DNA from: Clostridia bacterium
GTDB lineage: Bacteria; Bacillota; Clostridia; UMGS1840
Assembly (NCBI GenBank): GCA_045631485.1
Contig: JAZQUU010000034.1
Span: 25,457-89,456 of the forward strand
Direction: 5' to 3'
DNA: 64,000 nucleotides
Both the position numbers and the translations under genes were made by a program. Below the pieces are notes generated by a model. It made no database searches. It was not told the origin of the DNA and saw only the letters and a program-made list of their open reading frames with translations. Position 1 is the stretch's first letter; the number at the start of each line of letters is the position of its first letter. Below are positions 12,101 through 20,129 of the stretch, piece after piece.

Positions 12101-12174
12101 GCTGCAGTGCCGATAAAAGTCATCATGCTAAGCAGCATGCAAACAGTTAAAAGTACGCTTAATACTTTTTTCAT
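9106..12174 (-). CDS. Secreted 1022-aa non-catalytic CBM-array protein with a conserved ~190-aa C-terminal domain of unknown function
   Basis: ORF track. The signal peptide is MKKVLSVLLTVCMLLSMMTFIGTAA. Repeated beta-sandwich-like modules are present (PESGMYYINVQL.., AEEGMYYVQLKT.., QDGFYRVETVVGG.., TAGSYQVTVNTAV..). No beta-helix module is present. The C-terminus FEFTTLTRQDLLLAAMQ...YTVQVGDWNEIGT...IKVFVWSADGELKPVF is shared with 12510..15965. Confidence 0.8.
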   Translation of the reverse strand: MKKVLSVLLTVCMLLSMMTFIGTAATTADSGVYIESELSVEAPYAGVFQVVSDQDVILQNETGHYAELTAGEAGNIFLLKGANTLSVDTPATLTFTELENQGLDQFDTVAHNGFDNLLTTQTMHHYDAEIGPGATYTYNVNIPESGMYYINVQLSSSPTNAKIVFEYETGMSSVTQHYQWGWCVNGDDGDMEWVYLRAGEQTVKAINTADHWITVNDFRISDTAGYSTGICFDADRFAPQYEAPEPTATPDVSGYPEYITFNSLNLSGAALTATLLNNDDGTGAAAQADGSVWVSAGYTGNFNINVAEEGMYYVQLKTNTTTSAKVIVNDEYQQELSLTAWAFGSDSVWGGKAYIYLYEGDNTVKFAPANGCCLYNLEIKASVLALENLAQEFDLDSLVAYNPNYTDIILGGYNELDATKTQGSVSQYVTYNASTVGGGSTAGYTVTVAQDGFYRVETVVGGTMSEPYPNIYVDVEDTYRASFATGFAGDWGEDASGVPQTRTTDAEGNVQYMFLHAGENEVLVTSSHSHFILWKVTFKALSPAELEDITIDDVTLAPTKPLRIYPATDSILDTPRVDYNMVHTADGLPVLNTVSGTELVKWEWQRFEVTAKTAGSYQVTVNTAVYNADVQLSFETEDSIATINASQNSTSENPVYQNFSSDSCLTLKEGVNSIWVRNDGAGFLYLPTITLTHVEDTTDTPTRVFVQAHNFDGAAENPLDIPAYTVRNGYYGIHVGNTNNTVVDTEVLTYTVNIPRDDYYGLVMAGTVPLTPTVNVTLDDGANEPIVIFDGLTPYFGNQNQDNTVTLTEDKIFIPAGEYTMTFTFTENKDVGSTSEMLSHIHGFEFTTLTRQDLLLAAMQTAVTTSDIATILDDYSDVLRADIGANVDTDFVYPEYSYAALLNCAMLEAGAYETYQDVLDAYDFAKNMISVAASDDGMGLTYTVQVGDWNEIGTAVYVAVYEGDEAGNITKLYQTAEGYLEYEEQTFTYQPVYVTLEGYEPYQTDIIKVFVWSADGELKPVF

Positions 12175-12426
12175 AACAATTTCGTCCTTTCGTTTTTTAA
12201 AGTATGATCAATTTTTTGTCAATAGAAATTGTCTTGCTTTTTCCTTTTCGCGAGTTGTATTGAGAAAATACAAGTTTTTCGGGTGGGGCAAGGGAAATCC
12301 CCTGCCCCATCCAATGAAAATACGGGGTTTTGGAGCTTTGCTTTTAAGCTATGCTCCTGTTTTCTTTTGTTCGCTAAAATCGAACAATTCTTTTGTTCAC
12401 AGGTGAAGAAAATCGAACTAGAATTC

Positions 12427-12490
12427 GAAAACCGAACCCGCAGGGGTCATCCGAAGGCGTACCTTGTGTACGCCGAGCGATGAGGTTTTC
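12427..12490 (-). repeat. Copy 2 of the structured intergenic repeat, 19 nt downstream of the stop of 12510..15965
   Basis: Minus-strand reading: GAAAACC-UCAUC-GCUC-GGCGUAC-ACAAG-GUACGCC-UUCG-GAUGA-CCCCUGCGGG-UUC-GGUUUUC. The outer stem differs from copy 1 by a compensatory pair (C:G becomes A:U). Confidence 0.75.
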
Positions 12491-12509
12491 GGATTATAGG
12501 AAGATTTTT

Positions 12510-15500
12510 TTAGAATACGGGTTTTAAGCCGTCGATGCTATCCCATACAAATACTTTGATTACATCGCCGTCTTCGGGAACATAGTCGTATAAGGTTGCT
12601 TCTACGGGTACATAGGTGCCCATGGATTCTTCGTATTCCAGATAGCCTTCGCCCATCATGTAGAGCTGATCGCCTGCATAAACTGCAACCAGTACGGTGG
12701 TGCCGATTTCGTTCCAGTCACCAACCTGAACGGTGTAAACCAAGGAACCGGTACCGTCGTCTGCAACGGAAATCATATTTTTCGCAAAGTCGTAAGCGGT
12801 TTTTACGTCTTCATAAGTTTCGTAAGCACCGGTTTCCAGCATTGCGCAGTTTAATAATGCATTGTATGCATATTCGGGGTAAATGAAATCGTTTTCTAAA
12901 TCTGCACCGATATCGTCTGCCAGAACATCTGCATATTCTTCTAAAGCAGCTTTGATATCATCGGTATCTTCTGCAGACTGCATAGCAGCTAACAGTAAAT
13001 CCTGACGGGTTAAGGTGGTGAATTCGAAACCATGAACGTGAGTCAACAACAGGGAGTTGCCGCTACCTACTTCATTGTTTTCAGTGAAGGTGAAGGTCAT
13101 GGTGTAATCGCCTGCGGGCAGATATACTTTATCAGCAGTTAAGGTGATGGTGTTATAGGTGTTTTCGTTACCGAAGTAAGGAGCAACATCATCGTATAAA
13201 ACGATATCATCAGTTCCGTTGTTTAAGGTAATGGTAACTTTACCGGTTAAGGGCATGGTGCAGCTCATTAACAGACCATAGTAATCATCTTTTAAGATAG
13301 AAACATTGTACTGTTTGGTTTCGGTGTTTGCTGCAGCATCGTCGGTATCACCAACATGGATACCGAAATGGTTGTTACGAACGGTGTAACGTTCGATATC
13401 ACCGATGTTTTCGGGGGCACCGATAAAGTCATGAGCAGGAACGAAAGTTCTTGCAGAGGTTTCTTCGGTATCTTCCACATAAGTGAAGCTTACTTCTTTT
13501 AAGTAGAAGAAGCCGGAGCCTTCATTCTGAACCCATACATTGTTCACGCCTTCATTCAGATATACACAGTCACCGGAGAAGGTTCTGTAGTTATCGGGGC
13601 TGGTAACGTGATGTACGGTTGCAATAGAACGGTCGGTTTTTACGTTGATATCAACTTCGCCGTTGTAAACTGCTGCGGTGGTAGCTACCTGATAGTAACC
13701 TTCCACTTTTGCATTCAGTTCAAATCTCATCCATTCGCCAGGTACTAATTCAGCGGTCAGATAATTTTCGTTGTTGTTCAGGGAAGGACCGGTTAAGTCG
13801 GTTCTGGTTAAGAAGTAGTCCACGTTTCTCACGTCGGTGATTGCATCTCTTGCAGGTCTGATAGACAACGGTTTGGGAGGTGCAAGTTTTAAGTCTTCCA
13901 TGGTAATGGAAGCTGCTTCTTCTTCAGTTAACTGAACGAAACGAACTTCGTGTAATACCTGATGGGTATGAGCGGTGAACACTTCCACAAAGTTGGTGCC
14001 TTCTGCTAAGTAAACATACTGATAAGCGCCGTCAGCGTCTTTGTTACGCCAGGAACCCCAGTCATCTGCATAAGCAGTAGCCAGCTGTGCACGATAGGTT
14101 TCGTTTACATCAACGGTACAAAGCGGATACGGAGAGCTTATAGTACCACCGATATTTGCTTCCACTCTGTAAATACCGGGGAAGAATACTTCCACTTCGT
14201 ACTGAACGGAAGAACCTGCGTACTGAACGATTGCCTGACCATTGTCATAACCCCAAACAAAGTATCCGGAACCGGTGGTGCCAACGATATCTTTGGAAGG
14301 AATGATGGAAATGTCGTAAGCTTCTTCGGGTAAATCGTTTACATTTTCTCTCTGGCTTAAATAATCGTTGGAATTATTCAGCTGATAGAAGGTTGCGCTG
14401 ATAAAATCAGTACCGTTAGAACCGGTTGCGGTGATGATGTTATCACCTTCGGACAGATAGATGTACTGAGGATCTAATTCGTCTAAATCAAAGGTAACAT
14501 AATCCAAATCCTGGGTAGTTAAGGTTAAGGTGCCGTCACCTTCTGCAACAGCTTCCACTAAGTACATACCGGAAGCGGGAGCGGTGATGGTGTATGCTGC
14601 CCAAATATCGTTGGACAGGTCAAAACCGTTTTCAGTATAAGGAATGTTTAAGAACAGCTCATCAAATTCGGAACCAACATTGTATCCGTCGGTACCGGAG
14701 GTATAAGCGCCGGTCCAGTCACCACAGTCACGAACGTTACCGGTCCAACCATCGGGCCAAATGCTGGTGGTGTCATCGTCGGTGCCAACGTACTGCATGT
14801 AAGAATCGTTGTTGTTTAAGCCACCAAAGTCGTTTTCAAAGTAAACGATGCCGTTGGGACCTGCATTATAAATGGTGATTTCGTTGGAACCTGCCTGTAA
14901 GTACAGGAAATCGTCAATATTTAAGCTTGCATTGTTGGACCAGGTTGCAGCCCAGGAGTTTAAGTTTTTCACATTGTATTCTGCATAGTAGTTAACGCCG
15001 TCAACGTTGTTAATCATCTGCAGGGTAGTTGCACCGCCTGCGGTACCAACTTTTACCTGTGCAGCATAAACGCCGGAGGTTGCAATGTTATTTAAGGTGT
15101 AGGTTGCGGAAGAACCTGCGGGCAGGTACACACCATTGTTCTGACCCTTGGAGGGGAAAGAACCGGTTTCGCCAACCATCCCCCAGTCAGTACCGAATAA
15201 TTCAGTACCTTCATCGGAAGACATATTGAGCATATAACCTTCGATGGTTAATGCATCTTCATCAAAGTTAACGTCGGGATGATTTTCCACAACGCCGTCC
15301 CATCCTTCGGGGAAATATACCTTGGGAGTGGGAGTGGGTTCGGGAGTGGGAGTGGGTCTCAAAGAGGGATCCTCTAAATCAGAAGCTAATTTAACTAAGG
15401 GTAAATAATCTAAAGATTTTTCTGCGCCGGATGCATTTAATGCACCAAAGTCAATGCAGGAAAGAATAGCATTATTGTCGCCAACTAACTGTACTTTAAT

Positions 15501-15965
15501 GGTATTTTTACCTTCTTTTAAGTAAATCAGCTGGTCCTGGTTACAACCGGAGCTCCAGCTACCCTGGGTAATATGGAATTCTGCAGCATAACCTTCTTCG
15601 GTGGTTACCTGATAAGTGATGGGAAAGCTGTTTGCCCAGTCGGTTTTCATCTGCATTACATAAACGCCGGTGTAAGGCATATCAACATCGAAATAAGCCC
15701 AGTCACCATGTACCATTACAAAGTAACCGTTTCCACCCCAAGGAGCGGAAGAGGATGCCTGATAGTCAACACCTGCAACTGCAGCGTCGCCATTGCGGAT
15801 TGCCGCTTTAATGTTACCTACAGTGGAGGTATAACCATTTTTGTAAGCAGCGTCTGCACTGTTGTAGGAACCTGCGAATGCAGGAGTTGCCGCGAATACA
15901 TTTGTGAAGCTTACCATGCTGAGTAACATACAGATGGTTAAGCAAATGCTAATAAGTTTTTTCAT
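12510..15965 (-). CDS. Secreted ~1150-aa non-catalytic CBM-array protein, paralogue of 9106..12174
   Basis: The ORF track gives 12510..16013. I prefer the ATG at 15965 (MKKLISICLTICMLLSMVSFTNVFA signal peptide, AAAGGA upstream). The N-terminal module matches the 1..3758 modules (AGVDYQASSSAPWGG..PYTGVYVMQMK..NQDQLIYLKEGKN..KSLDYLPLVK plus a PT linker). The C-terminal ~190 aa is near-identical to that of 9106..12174, and a 35-nt identical DNA run occurs at 9381..9415 and 12764..12798. Confidence 0.8.
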   Translation of the reverse strand: MKKLISICLTICMLLSMVSFTNVFAATPAFAGSYNSADAAYKNGYTSTVGNIKAAIRNGDAAVAGVDYQASSSAPWGGNGYFVMVHGDWAYFDVDMPYTGVYVMQMKTDWANSFPITYQVTTEEGYAAEFHITQGSWSSGCNQDQLIYLKEGKNTIKVQLVGDNNAILSCIDFGALNASGAEKSLDYLPLVKLASDLEDPSLRPTPTPEPTPTPKVYFPEGWDGVVENHPDVNFDEDALTIEGYMLNMSSDEGTELFGTDWGMVGETGSFPSKGQNNGVYLPAGSSATYTLNNIATSGVYAAQVKVGTAGGATTLQMINNVDGVNYYAEYNVKNLNSWAATWSNNASLNIDDFLYLQAGSNEITIYNAGPNGIVYFENDFGGLNNNDSYMQYVGTDDDTTSIWPDGWTGNVRDCGDWTGAYTSGTDGYNVGSEFDELFLNIPYTENGFDLSNDIWAAYTITAPASGMYLVEAVAEGDGTLTLTTQDLDYVTFDLDELDPQYIYLSEGDNIITATGSNGTDFISATFYQLNNSNDYLSQRENVNDLPEEAYDISIIPSKDIVGTTGSGYFVWGYDNGQAIVQYAGSSVQYEVEVFFPGIYRVEANIGGTISSPYPLCTVDVNETYRAQLATAYADDWGSWRNKDADGAYQYVYLAEGTNFVEVFTAHTHQVLHEVRFVQLTEEEAASITMEDLKLAPPKPLSIRPARDAITDVRNVDYFLTRTDLTGPSLNNNENYLTAELVPGEWMRFELNAKVEGYYQVATTAAVYNGEVDINVKTDRSIATVHHVTSPDNYRTFSGDCVYLNEGVNNVWVQNEGSGFFYLKEVSFTYVEDTEETSARTFVPAHDFIGAPENIGDIERYTVRNNHFGIHVGDTDDAAANTETKQYNVSILKDDYYGLLMSCTMPLTGKVTITLNNGTDDIVLYDDVAPYFGNENTYNTITLTADKVYLPAGDYTMTFTFTENNEVGSGNSLLLTHVHGFEFTTLTRQDLLLAAMQSAEDTDDIKAALEEYADVLADDIGADLENDFIYPEYAYNALLNCAMLETGAYETYEDVKTAYDFAKNMISVADDGTGSLVYTVQVGDWNEIGTTVLVAVYAGDQLYMMGEGYLEYEESMGTYVPVEATLYDYVPEDGDVIKVFVWDSIDGLKPVF

Positions 15966-16062
15966 AAGTCTGATGTCCTTTCTTTTTTTGCTTGTTTTTA
16001 GTGTTATCCACAAAAATAGTAGGAGACATCGTAAAGGATGTAAAACTTTTGTTGTGATGCCT

Positions 16063-16090
16063 CCTTACCCTCGGGAATCCGAAGGTAAGG
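16063..16090 (-). other. Strong 12-bp stem-loop between the SLH enzyme gene and the next CBM-array gene (possible RNA processing/stability or weak termination site)
   Basis: The minus-strand RNA is CCUUACCUUCGG-AUUC-CCGAGGGUAAGG (12 bp including one G:U). No U-tract follows it, so it is not a canonical intrinsic terminator. Confidence 0.35.
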
Positions 16091-16134
16091 AAGCTTTGCA
16101 TTCTTACGATAGTCCTTAAAATTTTGAACTATAA

Positions 16135-19100
16135 TTATTTCGCAGTGAAACGATGTAAAACGGTGGTCGCTTCTGCTCTGGTCAAAGTGTTTGCGGGACG
16201 GAATGCGCCGTCTTCGTAACCTTCGATCAATTCCAGTTCAATTGCGCCGAATACTGCGTTTTTGTACTGGCTGCTGATTGCATCTTCATCGTTGCAGTAG
16301 CCTTTGTCAACCACGATAGAGTAGTTACCGCGTCTTGCTTTATATGCTCTCATCACGATATCAGCAAAACGTTCTCTGGAAACGAGAGCATCGGGTTCGT
16401 CAACAGAAGTTAACATACCCAGTTCTGCTGCCTGAACTTTCCAATCGGTATCATCAGCAGATTTGTTTAAGGTTCTTAAGGTAATCATACAAGCCTGATG
16501 TAAGCTTACGGTATCATTGGGACCGAAGGTTCTTTCATCATAACCTTTTACATAACCAGCATCAGCCATGTCTAAAATGGTGTAGTATGCCCAGTGACCG
16601 TCGATATCCTGGAAGCCATTTTCGTAACGTGCTAACAGAGTTGCCTGGTCAATGATTTTACCTTCATCATAGTTGGGGTCGTCTTTTACAACTTTACCGC
16701 TGTCTAATTTGAAACCACCAACCATGGAGTCGTTACCACGAACTTCCACTTTCAGCACGTGTTCACCTTTGGTTAAGTAAACGGTGCCAATTTCGAATTC
16801 GGATAATGCCCAGCTACCACGGGTAATCAAGAAGTCCTGAACAACAACTTCGCCGTCTAAGTAGATACCCTGAGTACATTCGGGACCGCCGGTCCAACCG
16901 TCAGATGCACGGATGTACAGTTTGTAGTTACCTTCTTCTTTTACGTCAACATTGAAGGATACCCATTCACCGGGATGAGTGTCACCTAAGTGACCGCCGG
17001 GATATACGGTGGGTTTCGCATGGGTGATTTCGTTAAAGTCGTCATATTCTTCAGCTAATACCCAACGGTTGGTGTCTAACACTTCGCCGGTATCATATCC
17101 ATTGTTTGCATAACGATCCCAAGCGATAACTCTCCATTCGGGATATTCAGCTTCTTTTAACAGATATTTGTACTGAGCTTCAACACCTGCTTCAGCCATA
17201 ACTTTCTGAGCAGGTTCAGGCCATTTGCCGTCTAATACTTTTACAGTGTTGATTTCTTCGTTGTAGAAGTTGTTATCATCGATAACACCGTATTCAGCAG
17301 AGAAACCGCTGTTGGGGTTATCAATGTAGTTGTTGATTGCTTTGTTCCATCTTAACAGCGCGCCTGCACGGAAATACAAGGGGCTTTCTGCTCTCTGGAT
17401 AACGTTACCTTCTGCGGTAAGGAAAGCAGAACACTGGTCAAGATAGATACCTCCACGCCAGTCGCCTGCGTCTACTAAGTGGTTGAAGCTGATGGTGGAA
17501 TCAGGCATCCAACCTAAGGTGTAAACGTGCGCACCGTCATGGTTTCTGTGAGTTACGTTTTCAATGTAGTTATGAGTTACATGGATGTTTCTAACTTCTT
17601 CAGGTCTCCATACACCCCAACCCCAACCAACGGAAACACCGGTATAGGGAACGTCTCTTAAGTCGTTGTGAGTGAATACGGTGTCAGCGATGTAGTAAAT
17701 CGCAACACCTGCGGAACCACACTGTTCGTATGCTGCACGGCGGAATACGTTATTTTTGATTAAGATGTTGTCACAACGTTCTTCGCCGTCGGGCAAAGTT
17801 TCTTTATGGCTGTGGTCCCCTGCTACTAAAGCGGTGGAAGCGATATCGATAAATAAGTTACCGATAACGTTGGTGTAGTGAACACCGTTGTCTAAGTTTA
17901 AGCCGTTGGCACCTAAACAAGAGAATTCACAGTTTTTAATGTCGATGTATTCAGCAAAGTTAATGGTAACGTTTGCTTCTTTCATCACTTCGCGATACCA
18001 AACTGCATCATCGGTAGATGCAATGATTAATTCGTCAGTCTGGTTTTCAACAACACCTTCATCGGACATTTTGTTGTATGCACCGTATTTGAAGGTAATG
18101 TTGTTGAATTCAACATTTGCCACTTTAGACTGCATGGTGCTACCTTTCATGGTCAGCAAGCTGTCATTCACAGGTGCCCATACATCAGCAGTGGTCATAT
18201 CTTCCTGGTCGTAGGGATAGTAGTAGATTTTTTTGGTTACTTTGTTGTAGTAGAATTCGCCGGGTTCGTCCAATAATTCGAAAGCATTTTCGATGGTGAA
18301 CACGTCGGAGGGGTCAATCTGTAAGTGAGATGCCACTAAAGTGGTAGCGGTTGCCCATACAGGCTGATGCATTTTGAAGGTAACCACTTTACCATCGTTC
18401 ACGATAGAATCAACGGGAGTTCTCTGAGTGGTCCATAATATAGGCCAAACAATCATAACATCTTCCGGATTGGTGAATTCTTTGGGGAAGTTGGTTACAG
18501 AAATCTGGAAACCGTCGGAGTTATATTTGCTTCCTTCAATTTTGTAAAGACTGTTCATCGCGTACTGATAACGGCTTCTCGCCTGCACTGCAGGGAATTC
18601 GTTAATGTACAGATGTCTTACATATTCGGTACCCAGATGGCTTGCATCAGCAACCCAGATGGGGGATCCTTCCTGTTTTTCCCAACCGGTAATCTGTTTA
18701 CCACCGTTCATAACAGGGGGATTTAATAAATCGTCACCTTTGTAGATAACTTTGTAACCGTTACGGCCGCTGATTTTTTCGTCCATCTGGATTTCGGTCA
18801 TAACAGGATAGTTACCACCTGCAAAATGAACTACGATATCGCCGTCCATTTCCAGAGTGTATTTTGCAACTTCTTCGTTTGCTCTCTGCCAGGTTGCAAA
18901 GGGAGCAGCTTTAGAACCGTCATTATCGTCACTTCCGTTGGGAGCCACATAAATGTCTTTGTAAACATTTGCCAGCAGCTTCACTTCTTCTTCGGTGGAT
19001 TCTTCGATAGGTTCTTTCAAATCTTCTAATTTGTAGCTTTCTGCATCGGTTTCAACAAGCTTGATGTAGTCTAAGGTTGCGCTCTTTTCGGGGCAAACCA

Positions 19101-20079
19101 GTTTCAGTTTGTATTCACCTTTTGCCAACCAAACGGTTGCAGCTTCGTAAGTATCACGATAAGCGGTTGCGGCAAAATCAGCCATTCCCAGCTCAACGTC
19201 ATTTAAGTATGCAGTTACGGTACTGTTTTTGGTTGCGTTATACTGCAGAGAATATGCGCCTGCATTTTCAACGTTCACAGTGTAGGTAACAAATTCATTG
19301 GGTTTTAAGTTTACGGTAGTTCTTTCGAAAGTTTCCCAGTAACCTTCAACGTTCTGTTCATCACAATCTTCGGTGGTGATGTCCATGGTAGCTTTTTTTC
19401 TGATATCGCCGTTGTTACCATTGTTTTCACCATCTAAAGAATAGTAGTTATCAACGTCAAAGTCTTCTGCCTGAATTCTGGTGGGCAGATAGTGGAAACG
19501 GTATGCACCGCTGGTGGGAGCCAGGTCGATGTTGTTTTTCACGCCCATGTATTCGAAGGTTAATTCGTAAATGTTGGCACCTGCACCGGTGTGCTGTGCT
19601 TTAATTACGTGAGTACCTTCGGTTAAATCAACGGTAGCAACTTTGCCGCTCCAGAAGTTGGTCCAGTTTCCGCTGGCGGGAACCTGACCGGAACCGCAAG
19701 ATACACCATCAACAAAAATCTCGAAGTTTACGCCATACATTGCTGCCGCACTTGCATATACATCGTAAGTACCGGTTTTGGTAACATTAACGGTGTACTG
19801 ATACCACATCGGAGGCATAGAACCCATATGGAGTAAGGGGCTTGTGTAGAAGTTCAAAGTAGCGTCGTCACGGTACTTAACCGCCCACGCTTCCGGCTGA
19901 CCTGCCATTCTTGAGTGGCCCACACCGGGACCACCCAAGTCGAAGTCTGCAAAATTGATTTTGCCCGGAAGACTATGCTGTTTGAAGGGTTTTGCTTCTT
20001 CTGCCTGTGCTACGATAGCTAAGCTAAGTAACATCAGCATCGCTAAGAGCAGACAGAGAGATTTTTTCAATAACTTCAT
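16135..20079 (-). CDS. Cell-wall-anchored 1314-aa enzyme: signal peptide, two N-terminal CBM-like modules, right-handed beta-helix module, further CBM-like module, C-terminal SLH repeats
   Basis: ORF track. The signal peptide is MKLLKKSLCLLLAMLMLLSLAIVAQA. CBM signatures are WYQYTVNVTKTGTYDVYASA and FVTYTVNVENAGAYSLQYNA. Beta-helix motifs are YVAPNGSDDNDGSKAAPFATW, PGEFYYNKVTKKIYYYPY, GWGWG and DGAHVYTLG. The C-terminal SLH-type repeats are FQDIDGHWAYYTILDMADAGYVKGYDERTFGPND, and SRERFADIVMRAY...AISSQYKNAVFGAIELELIEGYEDGAFRPANTLTRAEA. Confidence 0.85.
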   Translation of the reverse strand: MKLLKKSLCLLLAMLMLLSLAIVAQAEEAKPFKQHSLPGKINFADFDLGGPGVGHSRMAGQPEAWAVKYRDDATLNFYTSPLLHMGSMPPMWYQYTVNVTKTGTYDVYASAAAMYGVNFEIFVDGVSCGSGQVPASGNWTNFWSGKVATVDLTEGTHVIKAQHTGAGANIYELTFEYMGVKNNIDLAPTSGAYRFHYLPTRIQAEDFDVDNYYSLDGENNGNNGDIRKKATMDITTEDCDEQNVEGYWETFERTTVNLKPNEFVTYTVNVENAGAYSLQYNATKNSTVTAYLNDVELGMADFAATAYRDTYEAATVWLAKGEYKLKLVCPEKSATLDYIKLVETDAESYKLEDLKEPIEESTEEEVKLLANVYKDIYVAPNGSDDNDGSKAAPFATWQRANEEVAKYTLEMDGDIVVHFAGGNYPVMTEIQMDEKISGRNGYKVIYKGDDLLNPPVMNGGKQITGWEKQEGSPIWVADASHLGTEYVRHLYINEFPAVQARSRYQYAMNSLYKIEGSKYNSDGFQISVTNFPKEFTNPEDVMIVWPILWTTQRTPVDSIVNDGKVVTFKMHQPVWATATTLVASHLQIDPSDVFTIENAFELLDEPGEFYYNKVTKKIYYYPYDQEDMTTADVWAPVNDSLLTMKGSTMQSKVANVEFNNITFKYGAYNKMSDEGVVENQTDELIIASTDDAVWYREVMKEANVTINFAEYIDIKNCEFSCLGANGLNLDNGVHYTNVIGNLFIDIASTALVAGDHSHKETLPDGEERCDNILIKNNVFRRAAYEQCGSAGVAIYYIADTVFTHNDLRDVPYTGVSVGWGWGVWRPEEVRNIHVTHNYIENVTHRNHDGAHVYTLGWMPDSTISFNHLVDAGDWRGGIYLDQCSAFLTAEGNVIQRAESPLYFRAGALLRWNKAINNYIDNPNSGFSAEYGVIDDNNFYNEEINTVKVLDGKWPEPAQKVMAEAGVEAQYKYLLKEAEYPEWRVIAWDRYANNGYDTGEVLDTNRWVLAEEYDDFNEITHAKPTVYPGGHLGDTHPGEWVSFNVDVKEEGNYKLYIRASDGWTGGPECTQGIYLDGEVVVQDFLITRGSWALSEFEIGTVYLTKGEHVLKVEVRGNDSMVGGFKLDSGKVVKDDPNYDEGKIIDQATLLARYENGFQDIDGHWAYYTILDMADAGYVKGYDERTFGPNDTVSLHQACMITLRTLNKSADDTDWKVQAAELGMLTSVDEPDALVSRERFADIVMRAYKARRGNYSIVVDKGYCNDEDAISSQYKNAVFGAIELELIEGYEDGAFRPANTLTRAEATTVLHRFTAK

Positions 20080-20129
20080 ATATTCTTCCTCTTAATTTCT
20101 ATTGTGTAATAAATTTGTGTGAATTGTGA

